Of a stretch of DNA of 64,000 nt, positions 51,942 through 60,848 are shown piece by piece. Below the pieces are notes generated by a model. The model did not search any database and was not told where the DNA came from. It saw only the letters and a list, made by a program, of their open reading frames with translations. Made by a program: the position numbers and the translations under genes. Location of the stretch: NCBI GenBank assembly GCA_963715985.1, contig CAVQSP010000014.1:352001-416000 (forward strand). The letters run 5' to 3'. The first letter of the stretch is position 1; each line of letters opens with the position of its first letter. The DNA is from an uncultured Thermoleophilia bacterium. GTDB lineage: Bacteria > Actinomycetota > Thermoleophilia > UBA2241.

Positions 51942-53082
51942 CTACGTGTGCGCCACGTCCACGAGCGCCGCCACGAGCTCCGCCGCCGACTCCTGCAGCG
52001 CCGGGATGACGTGACTGTAGCGGTCCATCGTCATGGCGATGTTCGCGTGCCCGAGCCGCTCCTGCACGACCTTGGGATGGATGCCGGCGCCGAGCGCCAT
52101 GCGTCGCCCAGCCGTGACGCAGATCGTGAAGCCGGATGCTCGGCACGCCCGCGGCCTTCACCGCTTGGCGGAAGAGGTCGGTGATCCTGTCGGGATGCCA
52201 GGGCTCGCCGTCCTCGCGGGTGAAGACGTGCCCGGTGGCCGTCCAGGCATCGGCCCACTCTACGGCGTCCTCGAGCTGCTGGTCTCTCTGCCGCTGCAGG
52301 GCCGACACCGTGGCCGCGTCGATGGCGACGGAGCGGCCCCTGTCGGTCTTCGTGGGACGTTCCATGACCTCGTAGTTCGTCGTCACACGCTGCCGCTGGA
52401 TGGCGAGACGCCCGGAGGCCAAATCAACGTCGGCCCACCGCAGTCCGAGTGCTTCCCCGCGACGCAGCCCGGTCATCGCCAGGAGCCGCCACAGAGGGCT
52501 CAGGCGGTCATCCTTCGTGGCCCGCAGGAACGTGGCCAGCTCATCACGCGACCACGTGTTGAGCTCCGGCATACGGACCTTGGGACGAGTGACGCCGTGG
52601 GCCGGGTTCGTGCGCAGGAGTCCCGCCTTCACCGCGTCCCCGAGCGCATGGTGCAGGACGACGAGGACCGCGCGCCGACTGGCAGGGGAGAGGATGCTGC
52701 CGCGGACGCTGGTCTCGCTGGCCAGCTTGGCCGCCATCACGCTTACGTCGTTGCGGGTGAGCTTCTGCAGCGGGATCGTGCCGATGTGGGCGCTGATGCG
52801 CTTCACGTGCAGCTTGTAGGCGTGCAGGGTGTTCGGTGACAGGTTCTCAGCGCCCAGCGCGGGCAGCCAGCGCGCCTGCAGGTAGTCACTCAGGGACAGG
52901 TCCACCGGGGCGACGTAGTCGCCTCTCTCGCGGTCCCTGAGCGCGTCGTGCATCGCCTTCTCTGCCGCTTTCTTCGCCGTGTACTTCTCGGGCAGCATCT
53001 CCTGCCGGCGTCGACCGTCGACCGGCTCGAGCTCGAGCAGGATGCGCCAGTAGCCGCGCAGATTGCGGACGTGGCCGGTCAT
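51942..53082 (-). CDS. int: Tyrosine integrase (frameshift near 52100)
   Basis: 'TGLRRGEALGLRW', 'PTKT', 'HDLRHG'; shifted tail 'HPKVVQERLGHANIAMTMDRYSH'. Confidence 0.93.
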
Positions 53083-53420
53083 GAGTCGCCCTCCTCGATG
53101 GCCTCGCCGTCGATGACGTCATCTAGCGCGGCCCCCCTAGCAGCGCGCGCGGCCTTGCGAGACGCGGCATCCCACGGCGGCTCACGGTTGAGACGCGCGA
53201 GCGCGTCCCACACGGGCTGCCAGTAGTCGACGTGCCGGTACTGGTCGCGCAGCTTGGTCAGCTCGGCGCGGACGTGGTCCTTCTCGCGGTAGACGAGGTC
53301 CATGACCTCACGTATCTCCGGAGACTCGGCGGCCCGTGCGTCGTCCTGCTCGACGCGGACCCGGAAGGGCTCGGCGATGTCGTCGACAGCATCCCGGTAG
53401 CCGCGTTCGTACTCCTTCAT
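53079..53420 (-). CDS. Hypothetical protein
   Basis: 113 aa ORF with GGAGG RBS, translationally coupled to int. Confidence 0.6.
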   Translation of the reverse strand: MKEYERGYRDAVDDIAEPFRVRVEQDDARAAESPEIREVMDLVYREKDHVRAELTKLRDQYRHVDYWQPVWDALARLNREPPWDAASRKAARAARGAALDDVIDGEAIEEGDS

Positions 53421-54016
53421 GGTGTGCCTCCACTCTTCGGCTTCATCTCAGGGAACCGCTCCCACGCCTTCTGCAGCCGGCGCCACACCGTCGACTGGTC
53501 GACCTCCAGACGTGCTGCGGCTACTTCACGCGGGCGCGCGTAGCCCTGCGCGACCGCCTGCCGGTACACCTCCGCCGTCTGCCGTAGTTCGTCGTCGTCG
53601 AGTCCCCTGCGACCGCGGCGCACGGTGAGCGACTTCACTGTGGCGCCCATCGCCTCGCCGGCCGTCGGCCAGTCACCGAAGCGCAGGTTGAGCCAGTCCC
53701 ACTCCGCGACCCCGGCGACCGCGTCGCGAATGAAGGTCATGACGTTGGCCCACGGGAACACGCGCAGCATCGACTTCGTGACCTCGTGCTCCTCGCCGCC
53801 GTCTGGGGCGCCGAAGCGCAGGCCCGTGCAGATGAGGCGCCCCGACTGCTGCCGCCCGAGACGCACCTCTACGCGGCAGGGGAGGTCGCCGCCGTCCAGC
53901 GCGATCCAGCGCTCCTCGGGTACGTCCGGGTCCGGCTCCGCGACCATGTCGACGCGGTACTTCGGCAACTCCGTTGCATCGTATCCAGCCACCTTCTGCA
54001 GCCTCCTTGCAATCAT
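53417..54016 (-). CDS. Putative repressor with C-terminal HTH (DUF6214-like)
   Basis: 'AEVYRQAVAQGYARPREVAAARLEVDQSTVWRRLQKA'; divergent from the XRE gene. Confidence 0.65.
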   Translation of the reverse strand: MIARRLQKVAGYDATELPKYRVDMVAEPDPDVPEERWIALDGGDLPCRVEVRLGRQQSGRLICTGLRFGAPDGGEEHEVTKSMLRVFPWANVMTFIRDAVAGVAEWDWLNLRFGDWPTAGEAMGATVKSLTVRRGRRGLDDDELRQTAEVYRQAVAQGYARPREVAAARLEVDQSTVWRRLQKAWERFPEMKPKSGGTP

Positions 54017-54029
54017 GGTTGACTGCAAG
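54006..54029. promoter_or_regulatory. Candidate switch operator between the divergent regulators
   Basis: CTTGCAATCA-TGGT-TGACTGCAAG (9/10 inverted repeat) overlapping the leftward ATG and a TTGACT -35. Confidence 0.55.
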
Positions 54030-54065
54030 AGTACCACTACCTGTACCGCTGGACAAGGAGGCACC

Positions 54066-54281
54066 GTGTTTGAACTGACCCGCCAACGTGAGGCGTTCGG
54101 CTGGAGCAGGCGCGAGCTGGGCGCCCGCGCCGACGTGCACCCGAACCGCGTCGGCGCCATCGAGAACGACCGCGTCAGGCCCTACCCGCCCGAGCTCGAG
54201 CGCCTCGCCCGCGCCCTCGGCTACCACGGCGACCCCGCGGACCTGCTGCGCGAGGTAGAAGTCAATGCGCCCCCCGCCTGA
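54066..54281 (+). CDS. XRE/Cro-like HTH regulator
   Basis: 'REAFGWSRRELGARADVHPNRVGAIEND...LERLARAL'; AAGGAGG RBS. Confidence 0.85.
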   Translation: MFELTRQREAFGWSRRELGARADVHPNRVGAIENDRVRPYPPELERLARALGYHGDPADLLREVEVNAPPA

Positions 54282-54471
54282 GCCCCTCACCGTCGACGAC
54301 CTGCGCCGCCGGCCGACGATCACCGTGACCGAGTACGCCGCTTTCATCGGCGTGAGCAAGGACACGGCCTATGAGGCCGCGGCCAGGGGCGAGCTGCGCG
54401 TACTGCATCTCGGCCGGCGCGTGCTCGTGCCGACGGCGCCGGTGCTCGAGGAGCTCGGGTACACGCCGTGA
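54265..54471 (+). CDS. Excisionase / HTH_17 DNA-binding protein
   Basis: 'TITVTEYAAFIGVSKDTAYEAAARGELRVLHLGRRVLVP'. Confidence 0.88.
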   Translation: MRPPPEPLTVDDLRRRPTITVTEYAAFIGVSKDTAYEAAARGELRVLHLGRRVLVPTAPVLEELGYTP

Positions 54472-54716
54472 GCGGCCGGTACGGTTTCCCCGCCTTCACC
54501 GACGAAGAGAAGGCCCGGCTCCGCGAGTGCCTGCCCACCGAAAGAGACGTCATGCTGGGCTGGGCCATGCCGCTGCTCTCCAAGTCGCCGCTTGAGCGGC
54601 GCGTACTCGTGGCCGCACAGATCGAAGTCCTCGACGGCATCAACGAGGACCCGGCGGGCTGGTGTGCCCGTGCCCTGGAGCTGGCCAGAGCGGAGGCCCA
54701 CCGCGATGCCCACTGA
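54468..54716 (+). CDS. Hypothetical protein
   Basis: 82 aa, overlapping start/stop with both neighbours. Confidence 0.5.
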   Translation: MSGRYGFPAFTDEEKARLRECLPTERDVMLGWAMPLLSKSPLERRVLVAAQIEVLDGINEDPAGWCARALELARAEAHRDAH

Positions 54717-55808
54717 CGAGGACGTCGACGCCGCGCGCCGCGTGTTGGAGATGATGGAGGAGCGCGCCGCGCTGCGCGCCGGTGACAACGGCGACAACGG
54801 CGACGGCGACAACGGTACCGGAGACGACGGTTACGACCTCACGCCCCTGGACTGGCCGGCACTCCTGCGCGACGGCGTACCCGAAGTCGAGTACATCAGC
54901 GAGCCCTACCTGCCCCGAGCGCGCCCGCATCTGGGTGTGGGGCCAGACCGGCTCGATGAAGTCGCTGTGGTGCGAGCACGAGGCCGCGAGCCTGTCGCGT
55001 GAGGGCGTGCGCGTCTCCTACTTCGCCGAGGAGAACCCCATCGGCGAGGAGCTGCGCCGGCTGGCGAAGCTGCAGCCGGACCCGGCGCACTTCCGCCTCT
55101 TCCACAGGACGGGGATGGACCTCACCGATGAACGCTGGGTGGTCGCCCTGCTGGGCGCGACCAGGGGCGATGACATCATCTTCCTCGACAGCTGGACCGA
55201 CCTGTGGGGCGGCAACGAGGACGCCAACCGCGAGGTGCAGCAGTTCGACGCCGCCGTGCTCAAGCCGCTGCAACGGCAGGGCGTGACGCCGGTCGTGATC
55301 CACCACATGGGGCACCGCTACATGTTCAGCGACCGCGGCGGCGCCACCGGCGGACGCGGCGCCTCCTCACTGGGGCAGAAGGCCGACGTGACTCTGGAGT
55401 TCAAGAGTGCCGGTGACGACCTCTTCACCATCGTCTACGGCAAGTGCCGCATCGGCGGCATCCACCAGCCGCCGCGCAGTTTCAAGGTGGAAGACACCGA
55501 CGACGGGCGCGTGCGAGATCGTCGAGTGCGAGTCGCTCGAGGACCGCGCCGTCGCGGAGCTGGCCGAGAAGGCGGCGCAGGCGATATTGACGGCGCCGCG
55601 CGGCTACCTCACCACCAACGAGCTGCGCGTCGCCGCGGGCGGCGGCAGGAACCACCAAGCGGCCGCCTGGGCCATCCTCGAAGACGACGCACGAGTGTGT
55701 ACGGGCGTCGAGAAGGTGCAGGCGGGGGACGGCAAGTGGCGGGACTGCAAAGTATGGCGCCCCGCGGCGCACTTGGGGTCGCACTTGAGTCTTGAAGGCT
55801 TGTCTTGA
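54706..55808 (+). CDS. AAA_25/RepA-like helicase (satellite replicase; frameshifts near 54915 and 55515)
   Basis: Walker A 'GQTGSMKS', Walker B 'IIFLDS', 'VIHH.GH', 'GRGASSL..KAD'. Confidence 0.75.
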
Positions 55809-55946
55809 CGCCGACGGTGACGCAAGTGATTGAAGTGCGCCCCGACGCCTATATAGGCGTGTCGTCGGGGCGCACTTGGACCACTTCGCAAGTCTCACCG
55901 TCCAACCGCGCCCCAGAGACGCGGGGCGCACTTGGGGCGTACTTGA
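55767..55946. repeat. Putative replication origin: GCGCACTTG iterons and palindrome
   Basis: Iterons at 55767, 55779, 55833 (reverse), 55870, 55926, 55937; 15-bp inverted repeat 55833-47/55863-77 around the palindrome ACGCCTATATAGGCGT. Confidence 0.7.
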
Positions 55947-55971
55947 CCCGAAAGCCGCGGGAGCGAGCACT

Positions 55972-56379
55972 GTGACCCCCGGCAACTACCTCCGCGCGCT
56001 CCTCAAGGTCGCGCCGGAGCTCCCCGCCGGCTTCGTCGTGATCGACGTCCTGCACGACTCGTGGTGTGCGCACTGGCGCGGCCGTCCCTGCGACTGCGAC
56101 CCGGAGCTCGTGGTGCATCGTGAGGAGTCCGACGATGACCACGCTGACGCCTCTCCGCGCCTGACTCTCGTCTGGAGCCGCGGCGGCAGCGCCAACGTCA
56201 CCGCTGCCGGCCGCGCGCGCCCCTGCCACATCTCCGACCTCGAGCGGCCCGCCGGTCGCTTTCTCTGTGACGGCTGCCGCCACCAACTGTTCATCGACGG
56301 CGGCAGCCACGTCGCCTGCACCTCACCCTCGCGCATCTTCACCCCCCATGGCCCCCGCCACGGCCACGCTGCCCCCTGA
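55972..56379 (+). CDS. Cys/His-rich hypothetical protein
   Basis: 'HDSWC...CDCDP' and 'CDGC'. Confidence 0.5.
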   Translation: MTPGNYLRALLKVAPELPAGFVVIDVLHDSWCAHWRGRPCDCDPELVVHREESDDDHADASPRLTLVWSRGGSANVTAAGRARPCHISDLERPAGRFLCDGCRHQLFIDGGSHVACTSPSRIFTPHGPRHGHAAP

Positions 56380-56689
56380 CCGCGCCCTCTCCCTACGCGC
56401 CACGGCGAAGCTGCTCGGCTGCTCGCCGTCGACCGTGCGGCGCCTCGAGTGCGTGGCGTTGGCGAAGATCGCGGCGGGGTTGCGACGTGGTCCGTCGTCC
56501 AACGCTGGACAACGGGAGATGGAGCGGGGACAGCCATATCCGGGCAGTGCAACCACGTCCGACGTTGGACATGGTTCTGCCTACGCCGTCGCGCTCGCCG
56601 AGACGGGCCATGACGCCGAGCTGCGCTACCTCGCCCGCCTCATGGCCTGCCCCTGGGGCGAGTACCCGGACGCCGAGCCGCCGTCGTGA
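56348..56689 (+). CDS. Sigma70 region-4-like HTH protein (possible late activator)
   Basis: 'SLRATAKLLGCSPSTVRRLE..ALAKI'. Confidence 0.6.
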   Translation: MAPATATLPPDRALSLRATAKLLGCSPSTVRRLECVALAKIAAGLRRGPSSNAGQREMERGQPYPGSATTSDVGHGSAYAVALAETGHDAELRYLARLMACPWGEYPDAEPPS

Positions 56690-56705
56690 CACACCCTGCG
56701 TACAA

Positions 56706-56932
56706 TGGTAGTGAGGCACCGGCGCGCGTGGCGGCGCTGTCAGGTGCCCTCGTCCCGTCCGCTTCGGCGGACGGTGCTCTTCAGCCAGCGCGGGGCTGCC
56801 TTCGGGCGTGGCCGCGACCGGCGAGCCGACGCTGCCGGTTCCAAAGTGCGACGGCGCCCAGGCGCCCGGCGGCATCGCGACCGCCGATGTGGCAAGGGTC
56901 CGGCCCACCTCGCCTGAAACGGGCCACTACCA
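56706..56932 (+). ncRNA. Candidate structured RNA of unknown family
   Basis: Follows TACAAT (56701); ends pair (TGGTAGTG/CACTACCA); internal hairpins include two C-UUCG-G tetraloops. Confidence 0.5.
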
Positions 56933-56954
56933 GGCAATCGACAGGAGGGCGACC

Positions 56955-57281
56955 ATGAAGACGAACACCGACGCCGCCGCCTTCTTCGCGACCATGGACG
57001 ACGAGCTCGCCGCCGCCGGCCTGCACCTGCTCGGTGAGCTGGCCGTGCGCCGCCCGCTGGACGACCGCGACCGCCTGCTCGTGGCCTCCGTCGTCACCGA
57101 GCTGGGCGCCGTCCGCGACGGCCTCCGCGTGGCCGAAGCCCTGGCCCGCCTGCGGCGCTTCATCGCGCAGCTCGGGCTGACCATCTTCGACCTGCCGGCG
57201 CTCTCCCTGGGCCGCAGCGACCTCGCCGCCGTGGTGGCGCCGCTGCTACCGATGCCGACCACGGCCGGGATGATGAACTGA
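56955..57281 (+). CDS. Hypothetical protein
   Basis: AGGAGG RBS, 108 aa, GC3-rich codons. Confidence 0.65.
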   Translation: MKTNTDAAAFFATMDDELAAAGLHLLGELAVRRPLDDRDRLLVASVVTELGAVRDGLRVAEALARLRRFIAQLGLTIFDLPALSLGRSDLAAVVAPLLPMPTTAGMMN

Positions 57282-57443
57282 CAACCGGAGCCCGTGGCTC
57301 CGTAACCGCGTCACCTGCACCACGACCGCCACGGCGGCCGGCCTGGGCTGCTCGCTGACCAGCGCGAGCACTCAGCGCCACCGCTGCCGGAGTTGCCGGA
57401 CACGCGACGCCGATCAGCCACCTTACTGAGAGGCAGCAGCACC

Positions 57444-58652
57444 ATGAGTATCAAGGACCTGCACCAGCAATACCTGGCGGCGGTTAAGACTGCCCGTGAT
57501 CCCTCGCTCAGCCGCGAGGCCCGCGCCTGCGCCGAGGAAGCGCTCGTGGAAGCGCGGCGCCAGCTCGACCTCGGCCTCATGCATGACGCCCAGGAGCGCG
57601 AGCACGTCGCCGACGACGACGCCAAGCAGCGTGCCCTCGCCATCCTCGACGGCAGCGTGCCCGCCGCCGACAGCGACGAGCTGCGCGAGTTCTACCGCCC
57701 GGTCGACCCCTCGCGGCCGATGCAGCAGTACATCAGCGTGCCGCTCGATCTGCGTCACCTGGAGAAGCGCGTCGAGTACCCGCTGGCCCTGGGCGACACC
57801 ACGTACACGTTCGGCAACTACGGCGTCGGCAGCACCGTCGCCAGCGCCATGATGACCGGCCTGACCGGGCAGAGCGCGATCCTCGAGGCCGGCCCCAAGG
57901 TGTTCCGCACGCCGACCGCGGAGCCGCTCGTCGTGCCGACCGCCACCGACATCGTCGCCGGCTACCGTGCCGAGGGTGTCACGGCCGCGGAAGACACCGT
58001 GGTGCTGAGCAAGCTCACGCTGTCGGGGTTCCACCTCGCCGGGTACACGGAAGTCACGTCAGAGTTCGAGGGCAGCGCCCTCAACGGCGGCGGCCCCGCC
58101 TTCGTCAGCGAGCTCTGTGGCCGCAGCCTGGGCGTCAAGCTCGCCACCGAGCTGGCCGTGGGCACCGACGCGAGTGACACGATCTGCGGCGCCTTCACCG
58201 CGCCGACTGTCGGCGTCACTGCCGTGGCGAGTACGAGCTTCTCCGCCCAGGAGCTTCGTGCCCTGCGTCAGAGCGTTCCCCCGGCCGCGAGGCGCAAGGG
58301 CGTCTGGGTGTTCAGTGACGCGGCCATGGCCCACGCCCTGCAGCTCATCGACGACAACGGCAACTTCATGATCCAGCCGGGCATCAACGGCGACGGCGCC
58401 GATACCCTGTGGGGGCAGAAGTGCCTGTGCGATCCCTACGGCCCTGCTCTGACAGCTTCAAAGCACGTCGTCTTGTATGGCGACTTCAGCAACGCCTTCG
58501 TCGTGCGCTTCGTGGGCAACCTCGAAGTCACGCGCAGCGACCAGGCCGGGCTCACCGAGTTCGTTTCTTGGATCTCCGTGTACCGGTATCAAGTCACCGT
58601 CGATTCGGGGTACGTCACGAGTGACGTGCGCTCGCTGAAGATGCTGCCGTAA
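57444..58652 (+). CDS. Phage major capsid protein (HK97 fold)
   Basis: Coiled-coil N-terminal delta-like domain, 'AEG', 'GYTEVTSE', 'GVWVFS', 'DDNGNFMIQP...DTLWG', 'LYGDFS'. Confidence 0.85.
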   Translation: MSIKDLHQQYLAAVKTARDPSLSREARACAEEALVEARRQLDLGLMHDAQEREHVADDDAKQRALAILDGSVPAADSDELREFYRPVDPSRPMQQYISVPLDLRHLEKRVEYPLALGDTTYTFGNYGVGSTVASAMMTGLTGQSAILEAGPKVFRTPTAEPLVVPTATDIVAGYRAEGVTAAEDTVVLSKLTLSGFHLAGYTEVTSEFEGSALNGGGPAFVSELCGRSLGVKLATELAVGTDASDTICGAFTAPTVGVTAVASTSFSAQELRALRQSVPPAARRKGVWVFSDAAMAHALQLIDDNGNFMIQPGINGDGADTLWGQKCLCDPYGPALTASKHVVLYGDFSNAFVVRFVGNLEVTRSDQAGLTEFVSWISVYRYQVTVDSGYVTSDVRSLKMLP

Positions 58653-58726
58653 GCCTGATCTACTGACCACGTGCCCGCTGTCGACCCTTCAGCGGCGGCG
58701 GGCACTCCACCATCAGTGAGGACGCC

Positions 58727-58855
58727 GTGAGCGACGACGAGGACGAGCGCATCCGCGAGGCCGTGCGCCGACTCATCGACGACGACGAGGCGACGGTCGA
58801 GCTGCTGGTGTGGTGCGTGCTGGCGAGCGAGACGATGAAGGAGCAGATGCCGTGA
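58727..58855 (+). CDS. Small acidic hypothetical protein (42 aa)
   Basis: GAGG RBS plus GTG; stop overlaps the HNH start. Confidence 0.4.
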   Translation: MSDDEDERIREAVRRLIDDDEATVELLVWCVLASETMKEQMP

Positions 58856-59209
58856 GTCCGTGGGCACCGAAGGCACCGTGTCGGGTATGTCACCGTGTCG
58901 GCTGCGTCGACCCGAGTCACAAGCGCAAGCCCTTCGCATGCGGCTGCCCCTCGTCGTGAGAGCAGACCGGGATGGGATGCCGACCGCAAGCGCAGGCGTG
59001 CCGTGGTCGAAGCGTGGCGCGCACGAGTACGGCGACGTCTGCCCACGCTGCCGCAGGACGGGCGTCAAGCTGACTGCCGACCACCTGCACCGGTGGCCCT
59101 CGGCGGCGCGGAGGACGGACCGCTCTCCGTGCTGTGCATCGACTGCCAGCGATCACAGGGAGCGCGCGTCGCCAACGCGCGACGGCGGCCCCCGGAGTCT
59201 AGGAATTGA
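58852..59209 (+). CDS. HNH endonuclease (packaging-associated; frameshifted)
   Basis: Joined frames read 'CPRC...TADHL.PVALGG...LSVLCIDC'. Confidence 0.7.
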
Positions 59210-59285
59210 TCGCGGGGGTGAGGCCGGCGCATCCGGGGGTGGCACTGCTTGTGCGTCCGCAAAATGGCGAAGCCCGAACGCAATC

Positions 59286-59630
59286 ATGAAAAGTGAGGCA
59301 CCATGCCCCGCACTCGCAAACGCCCCGAGATACCGCGCCGACGGCCTCTCCGAGCGCGCCAGGCACTCTGGCACGCTGTCGTGCCAACGCGCGGAGTCTC
59401 GCCGGTCGCCTCGTCTCATCGGTGAAGCCTGCGCGCCTCGATCGCGCCGACGAGGCCGCGGCCATCGTCGACGCCGAGGGTATGAGCTTCACCACGGAGA
59501 CGACGAAGACCGTGCACCTGCACCGCTGGTCAAGGTCGAGCGCGAGCAGCGCCAGCTCTTCGCCAAGCTGTGGAGCAGCATGTGCCACCTGGAGTGGGAC
59601 TCGCAGACGGACGGCAGGGTGTGGGACTGA
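59286..59630 (+). CDS. Terminase small subunit-like (P27 type; frameshifted)
   Basis: Joined frames read 'LWHAVV...DRADEAAAIVDAEGMSFTT...HPLVKVEREQRQLFAKLW'; follows HNH. Confidence 0.65.
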   Translation: MKSEAPCPALANAPRYRADGLSERARHSGTLSCQRAESRRSPRLIGEACAPRSRRRGRGHRRRRGYELHHGDDEDRAPAPLVKVEREQRQLFAKLWSSMCHLEWDSQTDGRVWD

Positions 59631-60002
59631 CGCCGGCCATGAGCGTGTTCTCCACCATCGCACACGTCGCCCTGGCCGCTGCGTCGCCGCCGCTGCGTCG
59701 TTCTGTTCTGGCCGCGGCGCCGTCACCGCTGAGCGCCGCTGCATCGTTACGCACGAGGCCCGCATAGAAGCGCCGAAAGCCAAGCCACTCCTACCTCCCG
59801 CGTGCTGCGAGCGCCTGAAACGGGCCCACAACGCGAACGGCGACCGTTAGCGCGGATCGCCGTTGCGGAGCTTTGGAAAGTTGGCGTCAGACTCTACACC
59901 GGGGGCGGGACGGCGGCGCCGTTGTGCGCCTGCAACGCGGAGACGCCCCCGCTCCTGCGAGGGCGCCTCCGTTTGTCCGCGTTCTGACAGCGGGCCGAAG
60001 TC

Positions 60003-60607
60003 TTACTGAGCGACCGTCGAAACGTCGAGCGTGCCGCTGAACGACTTGCCCGCGACGCTGACCGGGGCGTTCATCCAGCCAGAAAGACGATGCGCATGTT
60101 GCAGATCGTGTCCGCGATGATAGGCAGCGGGAAGACGTAGCCGGTGGTCGTCAGGTCCGTCAGCGTGCCTCAGCGACGAAGGCGTTTGACGTGGGCACCG
60201 CCAGGACCTCGAGTTCCCGCCGGGGCCGGTGGAGGCCCAGCCGAGCCGGTAGCGCACGTTGGCGAGGAGCTCGGGCTCCGGCGTGCCGGTGAGGGTCAGC
60301 TTCATGGTCGCGTGCAGCGGGTCGGTGCCCGACTGCGAGAAGCCCAGGTCGTTGCGCAGCGAGGTAGTCCAGAACTCCCAGTCGGTCGTGCCCATGACGG
60401 GGACGGCGCGCGGGAGCAGCGCATTGGCCCTGACGTTGGCGCCTTGTCCGTAGATCACGTCGAGGCCCGCAGGGGCCGCGCCGTGCTGCCCGTGAAGGGC
60501 ATCGGTAGGATGCCTGACCAGATCGCCAGGGCGACGGTCGCGACGCCGAGTGTGCCGGCGAACGCGAACGCGATCCGCAGGCGACGGTGTGTGAACAGTC
60601 TACGCAT
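60003..60607 (-). CDS. Exported cargo protein of the island (frameshifted)
   Basis: N-terminal 'MRRLFTHRRLRIAFAFAGTLGVATVALAIW' signal/TM segment followed by a beta-rich domain. Confidence 0.5.
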
Positions 60608-60665
60608 GGTGACTCATCTCCAGTGGAGCGTTGTCTTCTCACTCAGAGTGGATGCATGGCAGGCG

Positions 60666-60848
60666 TCACCGGCCCTTCTGGCGTCGTGTCCGGTCGAACG
60701 CGAGCACGTCGGCGGGGCGGAAGTAGATCCGGCAGCGGCCGACGTACATGCGGGGCAGGCGGGAGTCGTCGATAGCCTGGAGCTGGGCGTGCGTGAGCTG
60801 CAGACGTGCGGCAGCTTCAGCGAGCGTCAACATCCGGGGCTCGTACAT
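60666..60848 (-). CDS. Second HTH_17/excisionase-like protein
   Basis: 'MLTLAEAAARL...LPRMYVG...IYFRPADVLAF'. Confidence 0.7.
   Translation of the reverse strand: MYEPRMLTLAEAAARLQLTHAQLQAIDDSRLPRMYVGRCRIYFRPADVLAFDRTRRQKGR

Noticed and set aside
57444-58652. Capsid gene as an encapsulin nanocompartment
   Set aside because: It sits in an att-bounded island with integrase, HNH and TerS, has a delta-like N-terminus, and has no adjacent cargo enzyme.
2376-59630. Many frameshifts (pgi, vapC, addAB, COG2403 gene, argF, int, rep, HNH, terS) read as programmed frameshifting or mass pseudogenisation
   Set aside because: Single-base indels are scattered through housekeeping and mobile genes alike, with intact motifs on both sides and no shared slippery motif. 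Uncorrected sequencing error is the simplest explanation.
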